64,000 bases of DNA from Candidatus Saccharimonadales bacterium (GTDB lineage Bacteria; Patescibacteriota; Saccharimonadia; Saccharimonadales; DASZAF01), in NCBI GenBank assembly GCA_035480055.1, contig DATIIB010000001.1, positions 19,849-83,848 of the forward strand. Direction: 5' to 3'. Positions 43,951 to 53,680 of this stretch are shown here, one piece after another (the stretch's first letter is position 1; each line of letters opens with the position of its first letter). The position numbers were made by a program, and so were the translations under genes. The notes beneath the pieces are model-generated. The model was not told the DNA's origin. It was given only the letters and a program-made list of their open reading frames with translations, and made no database searches.

Positions 43951-44759
43951 CTTGCCCGGCTGTAGGCAAGCGCGCCTGCGTACATCTGTTGCGATATGGC
44001 GCACATTTCATCTCTGGAAGTCCGAGTAGTATCAAGAACAATTTGCACCCCGTGCGCAGCAGCTGCCACACCGATGGTAAAGTTGTTGAATCCTTCTTCT
44101 TCAACCTTTTGATGGAACCGCCATGCGTCATCTTCAGGGGCAACCGTATTTATCTCGCGTCCATGGTCTTCAGCGTACCGCTTTTGAAGCGCGGTGAAAA
44201 TATCATCCCACTGCGGCGTGTCGGGCTGTACTTTTTTACGCAATCGTTCGCGTCTTGCAGCTTCCTCGACAGTACATTCAAAATACGCGTTTAGCGCTAC
44301 TTCCGCCCCGGCGGCAATGGCAACATGAGCAAGCTGCCGGCCAACCGCAATAATATGCGGCTCGCCGCGTTCAATCAACCGCCGAATAGTGTTCCCCACC
44401 TCTTGGTCAGTGACCTTTTGAGCTACCTCGGTATTGGCAACATAGCCAACCATGCTGTTGATGTCAGATTCATACAATCGTCCCAATCCATGCTGAGCGA
44501 TAAAGGCGTCTATCCCTCCCAATACCTCAAAGAGTTCTTCAGACTCAATCTCTCCCGCATGCGATGAAATCTCTTCCTTAGGAAGTTCTAGGCTGATTGT
44601 TCTCGCTTGGTACAACTGGTGAAATGTATTCAGCCGGTACAAACGCCCCGCTTCCACCAAGGGATGGCCGAATCGATCAACCAGAGCATCAGCGGCCGTG
44701 TCTTTGCCGCCACGGGCGTCGCCAGTAATAATGCCTGCTGTGGTTGCGCGTTCACTCAT
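43947..44759 (-). CDS. cytidylate-kinase-like P-loop protein with a degenerate Walker A
   Basis: IITGDARGGKDTAADAL...GRLYR and IIAVGRQL......AEVALNAYFECTVEEAARRE are colinear with Cmk (GPAGSGKST...G..YR; vvdGRD...v.P.A..K.fL.As.e.RA.RR). The start is set at the ATG at 44759 (MSERATT). Confidence 0.45.
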   Translation of the reverse strand: MSERATTAGIITGDARGGKDTAADALVDRFGHPLVEAGRLYRLNTFHQLYQARTISLELPKEEISSHAGEIESEELFEVLGGIDAFIAQHGLGRLYESDINSMVGYVANTEVAQKVTDQEVGNTIRRLIERGEPHIIAVGRQLAHVAIAAGAEVALNAYFECTVEEAARRERLRKKVQPDTPQWDDIFTALQKRYAEDHGREINTVAPEDDAWRFHQKVEEEGFNNFTIGVAAAAHGVQIVLDTTRTSRDEMCAISQQMYAGALAYSRAS

Positions 44760-44858
44760 AAACTTCTGTAAAGCATAGAATAAAAGATTAGATAGCGCAA
44801 GTCGATGAAATAAAAGGGCTTTACCGCAGAACACACAACAGCATAAAGGCTAACGCGC

Positions 44859-46568
44859 TTATACAGTTTGAATCAGCGGCCCCAGGGTAGTACGCACTCT
44901 TGCAGCACGCTGATCTATTTGAGAGGCAAGATCCAGCTCGAGTTGTGCCATATACCGCTTAACCTGCGTATCATCGAGCTGCCTGACAGCATCTTGAATG
45001 CGCAGGGTCGTTTGGCGTTGTTCCACGCATTGCCGAATTTTCGTTGCTGCTACGTTAATGGGGTGAGGAGGCTTGGCTGCTCGACGAGCAATCCGTCCAA
45101 TAAGACGCTGGGGATGCAAAGTACCTCTATGTTGTTCTGCAGATTGTCTATCCGCTTCGGCTTCCTCTTTTTCAACAGAAGCAAGGTGCGTTACATAACG
45201 GATTATTAAATCACGATCAAGATGCACTTTCACCTCCTGTTCATTACTCTCACGTATGGCGTCGCGCGCCCTGCGAGCAGGGGATTTGGCAGCTGTAATT
45301 TTATCTGCATTTGCCAGGGATACTATGGGGTCAACAGGTGTAAAATAAGCTTCAGTCACGAGCGCAGCCTGGTCAGGACTCAGGACAAATGCCACTTTGT
45401 CCGTACCATGATGAAGATCTCTCTGGACAGTAGCATTTACAAGGAGCTTAAATAATTGCTCTTCCAACAAAACTTCAGTCGCCCGATCACGTTCAGCTCG
45501 CTGCGTAAGACTCCGCCTATTCGCCTCGCGTGCCTCATCAAGCGGCGCGAAGCTCGTTACAGCCTCTTGAACGGCTGAGTCAGCCTCTCGTTCCGCAGCT
45601 ACATCATAATCTCGCAGGTCTTCTTTCATCTTCTGGAGGTGTTCCCATCCCTCAGCTATGACGTGGGGTTTAAAATCTTCCTGAGTTGGACCAATAAATT
45701 CAACTAATGTATTGGTTTGCCTCAAGCAGTATGTAATTGCTGCGACTGGATTATCATCCTCAATAGCTGCCTCAGCAAGTATGGGGCGTAGCTGAGATTG
45801 AGAAGGGTGAGGACCTTGCCAGGCATAACCCGGACCTTGGGTTGCGGTTGAGTACGCAAGATAGCACTTCTTCCTCTCGGCTGCGTCTGTAAACGAATCC
45901 TCCACCAAGACTACATGCCCACAACCTTCTAACGCATCGGCAATCTTGACAGCGCTTTCTACGCTTGGATCACATACCACCGCTCGTACTTCAATTTTTC
46001 TCCATTCAGGTCCGTCGTATCTTGTGTCGACAATCACCTCCTGTACTGGATTGATATCGTTTTCAGCCCATGTTATGCGCAGCGCCATTTCTGCACTTGT
46101 TGGCTTTCCGTCGTCCACTGGTCCCTTTGGCGAATTTTCTGCCCAAATTAAACGGTCACAATCATCAATCTTATCTGCAAGACCGCTATGCTTGCTTGGC
46201 ACCTCTTCAGGTTCTTCCTCCCCATCCTCACGCGCAGTAGGTGGCTCGCCTGATCCTTCCCCTCCGCCGCTACCTACCCGTGGCTCTGGAGAAGTTCTTG
46301 GGGTAGAAGCCACACGCTCTACGGCCACTTGAGTAATAGGTTGAAGCTGAGGTTCAGCCTTACTAGCCTTATGAGGATCGGCCTCAAGTGCTGGTGGGGC
46401 TTCAGCTCCGAGAATTGCCTCGGGAGGAACTCCTTGACCAAGAATTTCTTCGATACTGAGTCCTGGGGGCTGGACAACATGAGTATCCGACTTTTCTACA
46501 GGCTGTACAGGTTTTGCAGTTTCTAGATTAGCAGTATCGGTAGGATTGAGATATTCATAAGTGGACAT
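44859..46568 (-). CDS. hypothetical acidic protein (569 aa), no recognisable domain
   Basis: Long uninterrupted ORF. The start is set at the ATG at 46568 (MSTYEYL). The N-terminal third is Pro/Glu-rich and disordered and the C-terminal part is helical and charged. Confidence 0.5.
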   Translation of the reverse strand: MSTYEYLNPTDTANLETAKPVQPVEKSDTHVVQPPGLSIEEILGQGVPPEAILGAEAPPALEADPHKASKAEPQLQPITQVAVERVASTPRTSPEPRVGSGGGEGSGEPPTAREDGEEEPEEVPSKHSGLADKIDDCDRLIWAENSPKGPVDDGKPTSAEMALRITWAENDINPVQEVIVDTRYDGPEWRKIEVRAVVCDPSVESAVKIADALEGCGHVVLVEDSFTDAAERKKCYLAYSTATQGPGYAWQGPHPSQSQLRPILAEAAIEDDNPVAAITYCLRQTNTLVEFIGPTQEDFKPHVIAEGWEHLQKMKEDLRDYDVAAEREADSAVQEAVTSFAPLDEAREANRRSLTQRAERDRATEVLLEEQLFKLLVNATVQRDLHHGTDKVAFVLSPDQAALVTEAYFTPVDPIVSLANADKITAAKSPARRARDAIRESNEQEVKVHLDRDLIIRYVTHLASVEKEEAEADRQSAEQHRGTLHPQRLIGRIARRAAKPPHPINVAATKIRQCVEQRQTTLRIQDAVRQLDDTQVKRYMAQLELDLASQIDQRAARVRTTLGPLIQTV

Positions 46569-46645
46569 GGTATGTAGAATCTGTCTTATCATCACACAGT
46601 TTACCATACAAAAAAGATGGCTCTTCACCATCCTAAATTGACTAT

Positions 46646-46722
46646 TGGTAGCGGCGAGAGGGCTTGAACCTCTGACCTCGGGCTTATGAGTCCCGCGCTC
46701 TAACCAGCTGAGCTACGCCGCC
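46646..46722 (-). tRNA. tRNA-Met (anticodon CAU), elongator-type, CCA encoded
   Basis: Reverse complement is GGCGGCG-TA-GCTC...GAGC-G-CGGGA-CTCATAA-GCCCG-AGGTC-AGAGG-TTCAAGC-CCTCT-CGCCGCT-ACCA. Positions 1:72 are paired as G:U, so it is not initiator-like. Confidence 0.85.
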
Positions 46723-46766
46723 ATGCTTTTTAACAGGGCTATTGTACCAGATTACAGAGGGTATGA

Positions 46767-49472
46767 CTAGGTTTCGGTATCTTTGGTGAAACGATCGAGC
46801 GCCGGGTTGATGGCCTTCATTATCACCACCAGGCCAACAGATAAAATAGCGATTGTCACCCAGCTTTCCCAATCGACGCGCACGAGTTTAAAGACATCGG
46901 CAAGCCGCTGGACGTAGAGCACTAGCAGCGTGGCACCCAGCGAGCCAATCACGCTCAGCGTTAACCAAAGATTCGAGAACCACGGCAGCCGATACTCCAT
47001 GCGAATATCCACAAGCCTGGCAAACGTGTAGACAATGATCGCCGTAAAGGCCACCGCGCTGCCACGCATCAGGCTGTGCTGGCTGATAACATGGCTGTAC
47101 TGCAACAGAATCACGCCACTCATCAATAGGCCAAAAGCCACAATTTCGATCCACACTCGCCGGGTGATAATTGCGCGCTGAAATTCTGCTGGCTGACGGC
47201 GCATGACATTTTTAGCAATACTGTCCGAGCCAAGGGCAATCGCCGGCAGCCCATCGGTGACAATGTTCACAAACAGCATCTGTGAGGCGGTCAACACCAA
47301 ATTACCATGCAGCAAGATACCGCCCAAAACCACACCGACCTCCGCAATGTTGGTACTCAGCAGAAAGTTCACAAACTTGCGCATGTTATCAAAAATGCCG
47401 CGGCCTTCTTCAATCGCCGCAATGATCGTTTTGAATTGATCGTCCAGCAGGATAAGATCGCTCGCCTCTTTGGCCGCATCGGTGCCGGTAATGCCCATCG
47501 CAATGCCGATGTTCGCGGCCTTCAGCGCCGGGGCATCATTCACACCATCGCCAGTCATTGCCACTTGATGGCCGCCAAGTTGCAGCGCTTTGACAATGCG
47601 CAGTTTGTGCTCGGGATTAACCCGCGCGTACACGCCGATGCGTTCGGCTCGCTGGCCCAAAGCGCCATCGCTCATTGTATCGATATCCACGCCGTGGATC
47701 GCCTCGCCAGTAATGCCCAGCTCTTTGGCGATGGCTTGAGCGGTCTCCAGGTTGTCACCGGTGATCATCACCACCCGCATGCCAGCCTCTTGTTGCACGC
47801 GTTGAATCACCTCTTTTACTTCCATTCGCGGCGGATCCATAATGCCGATCAACCCTACAAATACCAGGTGCTCCTCTAGTTTTTCGTGATGCGGCTTGGC
47901 CATTTCCTGGCGCGAAGCCACGGCCAGAACCCGCAGCGCTTGGCTGGTCATGGTGCTGGTTGCGGCTAAGATTTCGTGATGCATGTCTTCGGTCAGAGGC
48001 TGCACTTTGCCATGCACCAAAATTCGATCACAGTGCGCCAGTAACGTTTCCGGCGCACCTTTTGAGGCAATCAAAAAGCCTTTTTCGTGGCTATGCAAGG
48101 TACTCATCATCTTGCGTTCCGAACTAAATGGCATTTCGTGCAGGCGCGGACGACTTTCGGCAAGAGCCGCACGGTCAATGCCCAGTTTTTCGGCAGCCAC
48201 CAGTAAGCTGAGTTCGGTTGGGTCGCCGAGCAATTCATCCCTCGCCGTAAATGTAGCGTTGTTACTCAGGACACCCAACTGCAACAGGTGTTGCATGTCT
48301 TCAGTAGCCGAAGTTACCTGGCCTTTTACTCGCAATTCACCTTGCGGTTCGTAACCTTCACCGGTGACTTCGTGCAGTTGGCCACCCTGCCACAAGGCAC
48401 GGACGGTCATTTCTCCGCGGGTTAATGTGCCTGTTTTGTCAGTGCAAATAACATCGGTCGAGCCAAGCGATTCCACTGCCGCCAAGCGCCGCACCAAAGC
48501 GTGCCGGCTGGCCATTCGCCGCGCGCCCATAGCTAAAGAAATACGCACCACAAAAGCCAGACCTTCGGGAATGGCCGCCACTGCCAGCGCCACGGCCGCG
48601 GTGAAGGCAAAAATAATCCGATGCACTGTGTCGCCTTCAATAGTCCGGTCGTGCAGCAAAATGGCAATAAAGGCCACGGCACAAATCGCCACCACCACCT
48701 GACCAATGCGTTTGCCCAGTTCATCCAACTTTTCTTGCATGGGGGTTTGTTGATCCCCAATTTCGCTCACCAAGGTAGCGATGCGGCCAATCTCAGCCTG
48801 AGCGCCAGTCGCCACCACAATCGCCCGGCCGGTACCACTTGCCACCACAGTGCCAGAAAAAATCATGTTCCGTTGATCGCCGAGTGCTTGATCGCTGCCA
48901 GCCAGCGTAGTAATGGTTTTGGGCTGCGGCGCTGATTCGCCGGTCAGACTCGCTTCGTTGAGGCGCAGCATATTGGCATTTATGAGGCGAGCATCAGCCG
49001 GTACTTTTTGACCTTCCTCCAGCAAGAGCACATCGCCAGGAACGAGCTCGCGCGTTGCCACCTTCACTTCCCGGCCACCACGAAGCACGCGGGCGTCATA
49101 ACTGACCAACTTTCGCAGCGCTTGCACAGTGCGTTCAGCTTTGAACTCGTTCAAAAAACCGATCAGTGCAATCGCGATCACAATCGCATAAATCAGCAGC
49201 GCTTCCACCGGCGTTTGATGCGTTTGGGTCACTGCAATCCCAAGCGAAACCGTGGCCGCCAGTAGCAACACAATAATAAGCACGTCGCTGAACTGATTAA
49301 GGAGCAGACGGAGAGGATTGTTCCGAGAAGCGGTGTGCAGTTCGTTTGGACCATATGCCGCCTGACGCTCACGCACCTGTCCAGGCTGCAGGCCAATATG
49401 CAGGTCAACTTCTTGCACCCGCGCGACCTCTTTAGCTGAGAGACTATACCACTTTTTGTGCATCTGTTTCAT
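46767..49472 (-). CDS. cation-transporting P-type ATPase (P2-type, Ca2+/Mg2+-ATPase-like)
   Basis: 901 aa. TGES actuator motif, phosphorylation site ICTDKTGTLT, MITGDN and hinge MTGDGVNDAPALK. The N-terminal cation-ATPase-N motif L...EV......GL....V..R...YGPNEL is also present. Confidence 0.92.
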   Translation of the reverse strand: MKQMHKKWYSLSAKEVARVQEVDLHIGLQPGQVRERQAAYGPNELHTASRNNPLRLLLNQFSDVLIIVLLLAATVSLGIAVTQTHQTPVEALLIYAIVIAIALIGFLNEFKAERTVQALRKLVSYDARVLRGGREVKVATRELVPGDVLLLEEGQKVPADARLINANMLRLNEASLTGESAPQPKTITTLAGSDQALGDQRNMIFSGTVVASGTGRAIVVATGAQAEIGRIATLVSEIGDQQTPMQEKLDELGKRIGQVVVAICAVAFIAILLHDRTIEGDTVHRIIFAFTAAVALAVAAIPEGLAFVVRISLAMGARRMASRHALVRRLAAVESLGSTDVICTDKTGTLTRGEMTVRALWQGGQLHEVTGEGYEPQGELRVKGQVTSATEDMQHLLQLGVLSNNATFTARDELLGDPTELSLLVAAEKLGIDRAALAESRPRLHEMPFSSERKMMSTLHSHEKGFLIASKGAPETLLAHCDRILVHGKVQPLTEDMHHEILAATSTMTSQALRVLAVASRQEMAKPHHEKLEEHLVFVGLIGIMDPPRMEVKEVIQRVQQEAGMRVVMITGDNLETAQAIAKELGITGEAIHGVDIDTMSDGALGQRAERIGVYARVNPEHKLRIVKALQLGGHQVAMTGDGVNDAPALKAANIGIAMGITGTDAAKEASDLILLDDQFKTIIAAIEEGRGIFDNMRKFVNFLLSTNIAEVGVVLGGILLHGNLVLTASQMLFVNIVTDGLPAIALGSDSIAKNVMRRQPAEFQRAIITRRVWIEIVAFGLLMSGVILLQYSHVISQHSLMRGSAVAFTAIIVYTFARLVDIRMEYRLPWFSNLWLTLSVIGSLGATLLVLYVQRLADVFKLVRVDWESWVTIAILSVGLVVIMKAINPALDRFTKDTET

Positions 49473-49538
49473 AAGTGCTATATTTATGGTAAGCGTTTAA
49501 GCTTAAAACACAAAATAATACGACAAAAAACCACCACA

Positions 49539-50255
49539 ATGACTTTCAGTTCAGAAGCTGGTATGACTTTGCCCGTCATCACGCTGGTGCTTAGCGCTGC
49601 GCTGGTGAATGGACTGCATCCCGTGCTGACATCGACCCTGCCGTTGGTATATGGGTCACTGCTTGGCAATGAAGTACGCCCAGCCCGAGCCAGGCGTGCC
49701 CTGGTTTTGTATGGTTGTTGTCTGGGTATGGCTTGGGCGATATGTGGGCTTGGGCTGAATGCCTTGATCGCTTATGGCTTGCTGCGTTTTAATGCTTTAC
49801 CTTTAATGATTGGAGGTCTTTTGGCGCTGGTTGGGTTGCTAGAGCTCAAGACCGCACGCGCACCACGCGGGCTAGCCATGTCAGTCTCGCCCTCTACGTG
49901 GCGGCGACTTCGTAAACATGCGTACCGACTGGCGCATCCCAGCCAGGTGGTGAGTTTTTTGGCATATGCGCTCCCTTATTTACTCATCTTTACCGCAGCT
50001 CCGTATCTGGGGGCGATTACTCTCACCAATGCTCATCTGGATTCCGGAAGCGCTTTGCTTGCGGTTGTGTACGGGTTACTTGTGATGATTCCCTTTGCGC
50101 TTCTTGCTGTATTGTCTTTCAAAAAGGTCAAGCTAAGCGTGCTGCACCATTGGCTGAGCACCCACCAGGCATTGTTCCATGTGCTACAGGGCATAATGCT
50201 TTTAGCGCTAGGCCTCGTGCTGGGTGCTGGCAATTACGGGAGCATAAAATGGTAG
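49539..50255 (+). CDS. hypothetical polytopic membrane protein (distantly CcdA/DsbD-like topology, no conserved Cys pair)
   Basis: About 238 aa with six hydrophobic helices. The start is set at the ATG at 49539, because the track start at 49458 overlaps the divergent ATPase gene. The end overlaps the next gene by 7 nt. Confidence 0.5.
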   Translation: MTFSSEAGMTLPVITLVLSAALVNGLHPVLTSTLPLVYGSLLGNEVRPARARRALVLYGCCLGMAWAICGLGLNALIAYGLLRFNALPLMIGGLLALVGLLELKTARAPRGLAMSVSPSTWRRLRKHAYRLAHPSQVVSFLAYALPYLLIFTAAPYLGAITLTNAHLDSGSALLAVVYGLLVMIPFALLAVLSFKKVKLSVLHHWLSTHQALFHVLQGIMLLALGLVLGAGNYGSIKW

Positions 50256-50626
50256 ATGTGGTCAAACGCGCCAATGGCCAAAGCCAACCCTTTGACCCCG
50301 AAAAGCTGTACCGGAGCGTCTATGCCGCCTGCCTCAGCGTTCAAACGCCTTCGGGCGAAGCCCAACTCACCGCTCGCCGCGTGTTTCACGATATGCAACC
50401 CTGGCTCGAATCCAAAGAAGAGATAACCACAGCCGATGTCCGTCGCTTGGCCGCGCATCACCTGAGCACCTACAATCCACACGCCGCGCATTTATTCGCC
50501 AGCCAGCCACACCTTTTGCAGCACGATCCGCACTTTATGACCGACACGCCGCAGCGCAGCACCTTCCCTAATTACTCTCACCCGACCTGGCTGGATATTG
50601 GCAAAAAAGGACACTGGGACAGTTAA
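50249..50626 (+). CDS. stand-alone ATP-cone domain protein
   Basis: MVDVVKRANGQSQPFDPEKLYRSVYAAC...ITTADVRRLAAHHL fits the ATP-cone pattern (V.KR.G....F...K......A). There is no NrdR zinc ribbon. The start is set at the ATG at 50249. Confidence 0.65.
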   Translation: MVDVVKRANGQSQPFDPEKLYRSVYAACLSVQTPSGEAQLTARRVFHDMQPWLESKEEITTADVRRLAAHHLSTYNPHAAHLFASQPHLLQHDPHFMTDTPQRSTFPNYSHPTWLDIGKKGHWDS

Positions 50627-50657
50627 CTCACTCGGAAGTGATAAAATAGGAGCAGAC

Positions 50658-52019
50658 ATGAGCAGATACGACTATGACTTGATTGTAATTGGCACCGGTG
50701 CGGGCGGGAGCGTGGCTGCGCATATTGCTGCTGACAGTGGTAAAAAAGTAGCGATTGTTGAAGCTGGCGAATTTGGTGGCGAATGCCCCAACTGGGGCGA
50801 TGTACCCACCAAAGCACTCCTGCACGCCGCCAAGCTATACAATGACGCCAAGCAAGCGGGTCGCTTTGGCATCCGCACCACCACCATTGGCTACAACTAT
50901 CCCACCATTCGCGCTTGGAAAGATTTGGCGGTCAAACGAACAGGTACCGCTCGAGGTAAAACCGCCTTTGAAAGCGAAGGGATCAATGTTATTCGCGGCG
51001 AAGGCCGATTTATCTCCAGTAACGAAATCACTGTGGGTCGCCGCCACTACAGCGCAGCACAATTCTTGATTGCCACTGGCTCCGCCGAAGCCGTTCCCTC
51101 GATCGAAGGCCTGGACAAAACGCCCTACCTCACCCGTCACCAAGCCACCACTCTGACTCGTCCGCCCAAATCACTGTTTATCATTGGTGGTGGGGCGACG
51201 GGAATTGAATTTGCCCAACTTTTTAGCGTCTTTGGAAGCAAGATAACCATTGCCGACCTCGCGCCGCGCCTGCTACCGCGCGAAGATCAAGAGCTTGGCG
51301 TACTGCTTAAAGAGCAATTTATAGAACGTGGCGTTACAGTTCTGACCAGCACCAAAGTGCTCAAGATCGAAAAAGACGGCATTATGAAGCGCGTCCATTT
51401 TCAGCAAGGCGCCGACACGCTGTCGGTGAAAGTCGATGAAGTGCTGCTGGCAACCGGCAAAGTGCCAGCGATCGATATCGGACTCGAAAACGCAGCCGTT
51501 AACTACACTCCGCAAGGCATTACCGTTGATGAGTTTATGCAAACCTCGGCCAAGCACATCTTTGCCGCCGGCGATGTGGTGGGCAAATACATGTTTACGC
51601 ACACTGCAATTTATCAAAGCCGCGTGGCCGCGCATAACATGCTCTACCGCCAAAAAGTCGCTGTCGATTACAAAGCTATTCCGCGCGTTATCTTTGCTGA
51701 TCCAGAGCTCGCTGCGGTTGGTATTACCGAAGACGAAGCAATTAAATTCGCCATGAAGTACCGCACAGCCATGGCACCGCTCTCTATTGTGGGCCGGGCG
51801 AACGTGAACGACTTGCACGACGGTTTTGTGAAAGTAATCGTCGATCCAGCTGGCAAATTATTAGGCGCTGCCATCGCTTCCCCGCACGCCGGCGAGATGA
51901 TTCACGAGCTTACCCTGGCGATCCAAATGGGCCTCCGCGCCACCGATGTCGCCAACACCGTACATGCCTTCCCGACCTGGAGTGAAGCGGTGCGGATTGC
52001 GTGCAGTAAAGTAACCTGA
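50658..52019 (+). CDS. FAD/NAD(P)-dependent pyridine nucleotide-disulfide oxidoreductase family flavoprotein, SthA-like (lacks the redox disulfide)
   Basis: The FAD site DLIVIGTGAGG is present. The active-site region GGECPNWGDVPTKALLHAA has Asp where the second Cys of CxxxxC sits (compare my recollection of SthA, GGGCTHWGTIPSKAL). C-terminal HAFPTWSEA replaces HAHPT.SE. The start at 50658 is preceded by AGGAG. Confidence 0.75.
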   Translation: MSRYDYDLIVIGTGAGGSVAAHIAADSGKKVAIVEAGEFGGECPNWGDVPTKALLHAAKLYNDAKQAGRFGIRTTTIGYNYPTIRAWKDLAVKRTGTARGKTAFESEGINVIRGEGRFISSNEITVGRRHYSAAQFLIATGSAEAVPSIEGLDKTPYLTRHQATTLTRPPKSLFIIGGGATGIEFAQLFSVFGSKITIADLAPRLLPREDQELGVLLKEQFIERGVTVLTSTKVLKIEKDGIMKRVHFQQGADTLSVKVDEVLLATGKVPAIDIGLENAAVNYTPQGITVDEFMQTSAKHIFAAGDVVGKYMFTHTAIYQSRVAAHNMLYRQKVAVDYKAIPRVIFADPELAAVGITEDEAIKFAMKYRTAMAPLSIVGRANVNDLHDGFVKVIVDPAGKLLGAAIASPHAGEMIHELTLAIQMGLRATDVANTVHAFPTWSEAVRIACSKVT

Positions 52020-52029
52020 GGAGATGTTT

Positions 52030-52638
52030 ATGAAGGCATATTTTACCAAAGCCACATGTATTACGGCCGGAGTTGGACTCTTGGTTGGCGCACTGCTGAT
52101 TCTTGGCATTCGGTTTGCCACCTACCATCCGGAGAAAATCCACTACCACGCCAACTTTGGCGTGTACATTAATGGTCAGCGCGAAGGGTTCAAGAGTCCG
52201 TTGTATTATCAAGAGGAAGCCACCTGCGACGCAGAGCATATCATGACCCCTAAAGAACGGGTACATATGCACGACAACGTGTACGACGCCATTCACATTC
52301 ATGATCACGCCGTGACTTGGGGAAACTTTTTTCAGAATATTGGGTGGGACATCGGTCCAAACTTTGTCAAAACCAGCGACAAGCTGCTACCCGCTGCCGA
52401 TAGCAATTCGGTCACCTTCATTTTGAATGGCAAAACAGTCTACGACGTGACCAATCGAGTAATTGGCGACAAAGATCGCTTGCTGGTCAGCTACGGCAAT
52501 ACCACGCAAGATGATTTGCAAAAACAGTACAACTCCATCTCCACCAGCGCAGCCAAATATGATACAGACAAAGACCCCGCGAGCTGTGGCGGCAGCGCCG
52601 GTCCCACCGCCAAGGACAGATTTAAACATCTCTTTTAG
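52030..52638 (+). CDS. hypothetical membrane-anchored His-rich protein
   Basis: N-terminal TM (ITAGVGLLVGALLILGI) followed by a domain with HYHANFGVYING and VHMHDNVYDAIHIHDH clusters. GAGGAG precedes the start region, so the ATG at 52030 has better spacing than the one at 52024. Confidence 0.5.
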   Translation: MKAYFTKATCITAGVGLLVGALLILGIRFATYHPEKIHYHANFGVYINGQREGFKSPLYYQEEATCDAEHIMTPKERVHMHDNVYDAIHIHDHAVTWGNFFQNIGWDIGPNFVKTSDKLLPAADSNSVTFILNGKTVYDVTNRVIGDKDRLLVSYGNTTQDDLQKQYNSISTSAAKYDTDKDPASCGGSAGPTAKDRFKHLF

Positions 52639-52686
52639 TTTCCGAAACGTTGTCAAGAACGCTACTCGCGAGTATAGTTACCCGAT

Positions 52687-53658
52687 ATGACTGAATTTTC
52701 TTCTGATAGACGAGCTGTTCTCGCTGGTGGTGTCTCCGCTGCCGGTCTTGTGCTGCTGAGTGGCTGCAGCGAAAGTGGTGGCTCTCCAGGTGGCCACCCA
52801 CGAAACGCCTCAGAAGCAGCAGTACCAGACGATCAAATTGCCGCTTATGTGCAATCATGGGACAGCGCCAAAGAATTACGCCAACAACATGCCGACCTTG
52901 TACAGGCCCACCCTGGACTTGCCAAGTTGTATTTTGCTTTTGGCGAGCCAGACCAGCAGGGCAATATTCACATGCCAGAGATGGACCCAGACGCCGCGGC
53001 TGCCTTTACGGATTTGGTAAAAGATCTCGGTAATCTGCCAGTTGCTCTCAGCGTCGGCGGCTATGGTGACGAAACGAGCCACCAGAAATTACTCGGCGGC
53101 TGGGCGGTTGCTTTGGATCACCCCGAGGCTTTTGCTCAAGAAACCACCAAAGCACGCGCCAAGTTGGCAGGTATGTTAGGCCGGAGTGTGACTGAAATTG
53201 GCTTGGACATCGACTTTGAATATCCAACTGTTGCCCAAAGAGAAAAATTCACCAGCCTGATGAATCGCCTGCGTGGCACATTGGGCACCACGGCGCTCAC
53301 TTTGGCCATGCCAGCGCATGACAATCAAGAAGGCTACGACATCTCTCAGTTAGAAAAGATCGTCGACGGGATCAACCTGATGACCTACGCCTACGATAAC
53401 GGCAGTGGCACACCAAAAATGGTTGTCGACGATGTCGCAGCGTTTGCCGCCAAACTCAAAGATCCAAGTAAGCTAATCGTGGGCTATTCCACAGACGCTC
53501 AAAATGATCCGCTTATTTCGAGCCCGGCTGCAATGGGGAAGATCCATCAGGCTATTGGCGGTCGGGGCATTCGGACCGGCGGCTCATTTGTTTGGCGCAG
53601 CAATGGGCTGAGTTCGGAGGCGCTGCGACAGCTGCACTTGGGGGTTGCGGCGGGATAA
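52687..53658 (+). CDS. glycoside hydrolase family 18 (chitinase-like), Tat-signal lipoprotein
   Basis: GH18 catalytic motif IGLDIDFEYP (DxxDxDxE). The N-terminus SDRRAVLAGGVSAAGLVLLSGC combines a twin-arginine motif with a lipobox Cys. Confidence 0.8.
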   Translation: MTEFSSDRRAVLAGGVSAAGLVLLSGCSESGGSPGGHPRNASEAAVPDDQIAAYVQSWDSAKELRQQHADLVQAHPGLAKLYFAFGEPDQQGNIHMPEMDPDAAAAFTDLVKDLGNLPVALSVGGYGDETSHQKLLGGWAVALDHPEAFAQETTKARAKLAGMLGRSVTEIGLDIDFEYPTVAQREKFTSLMNRLRGTLGTTALTLAMPAHDNQEGYDISQLEKIVDGINLMTYAYDNGSGTPKMVVDDVAAFAAKLKDPSKLIVGYSTDAQNDPLISSPAAMGKIHQAIGGRGIRTGGSFVWRSNGLSSEALRQLHLGVAAG

Positions 53659-53680
53659 GGACCAAACCACCTCTCTATTA

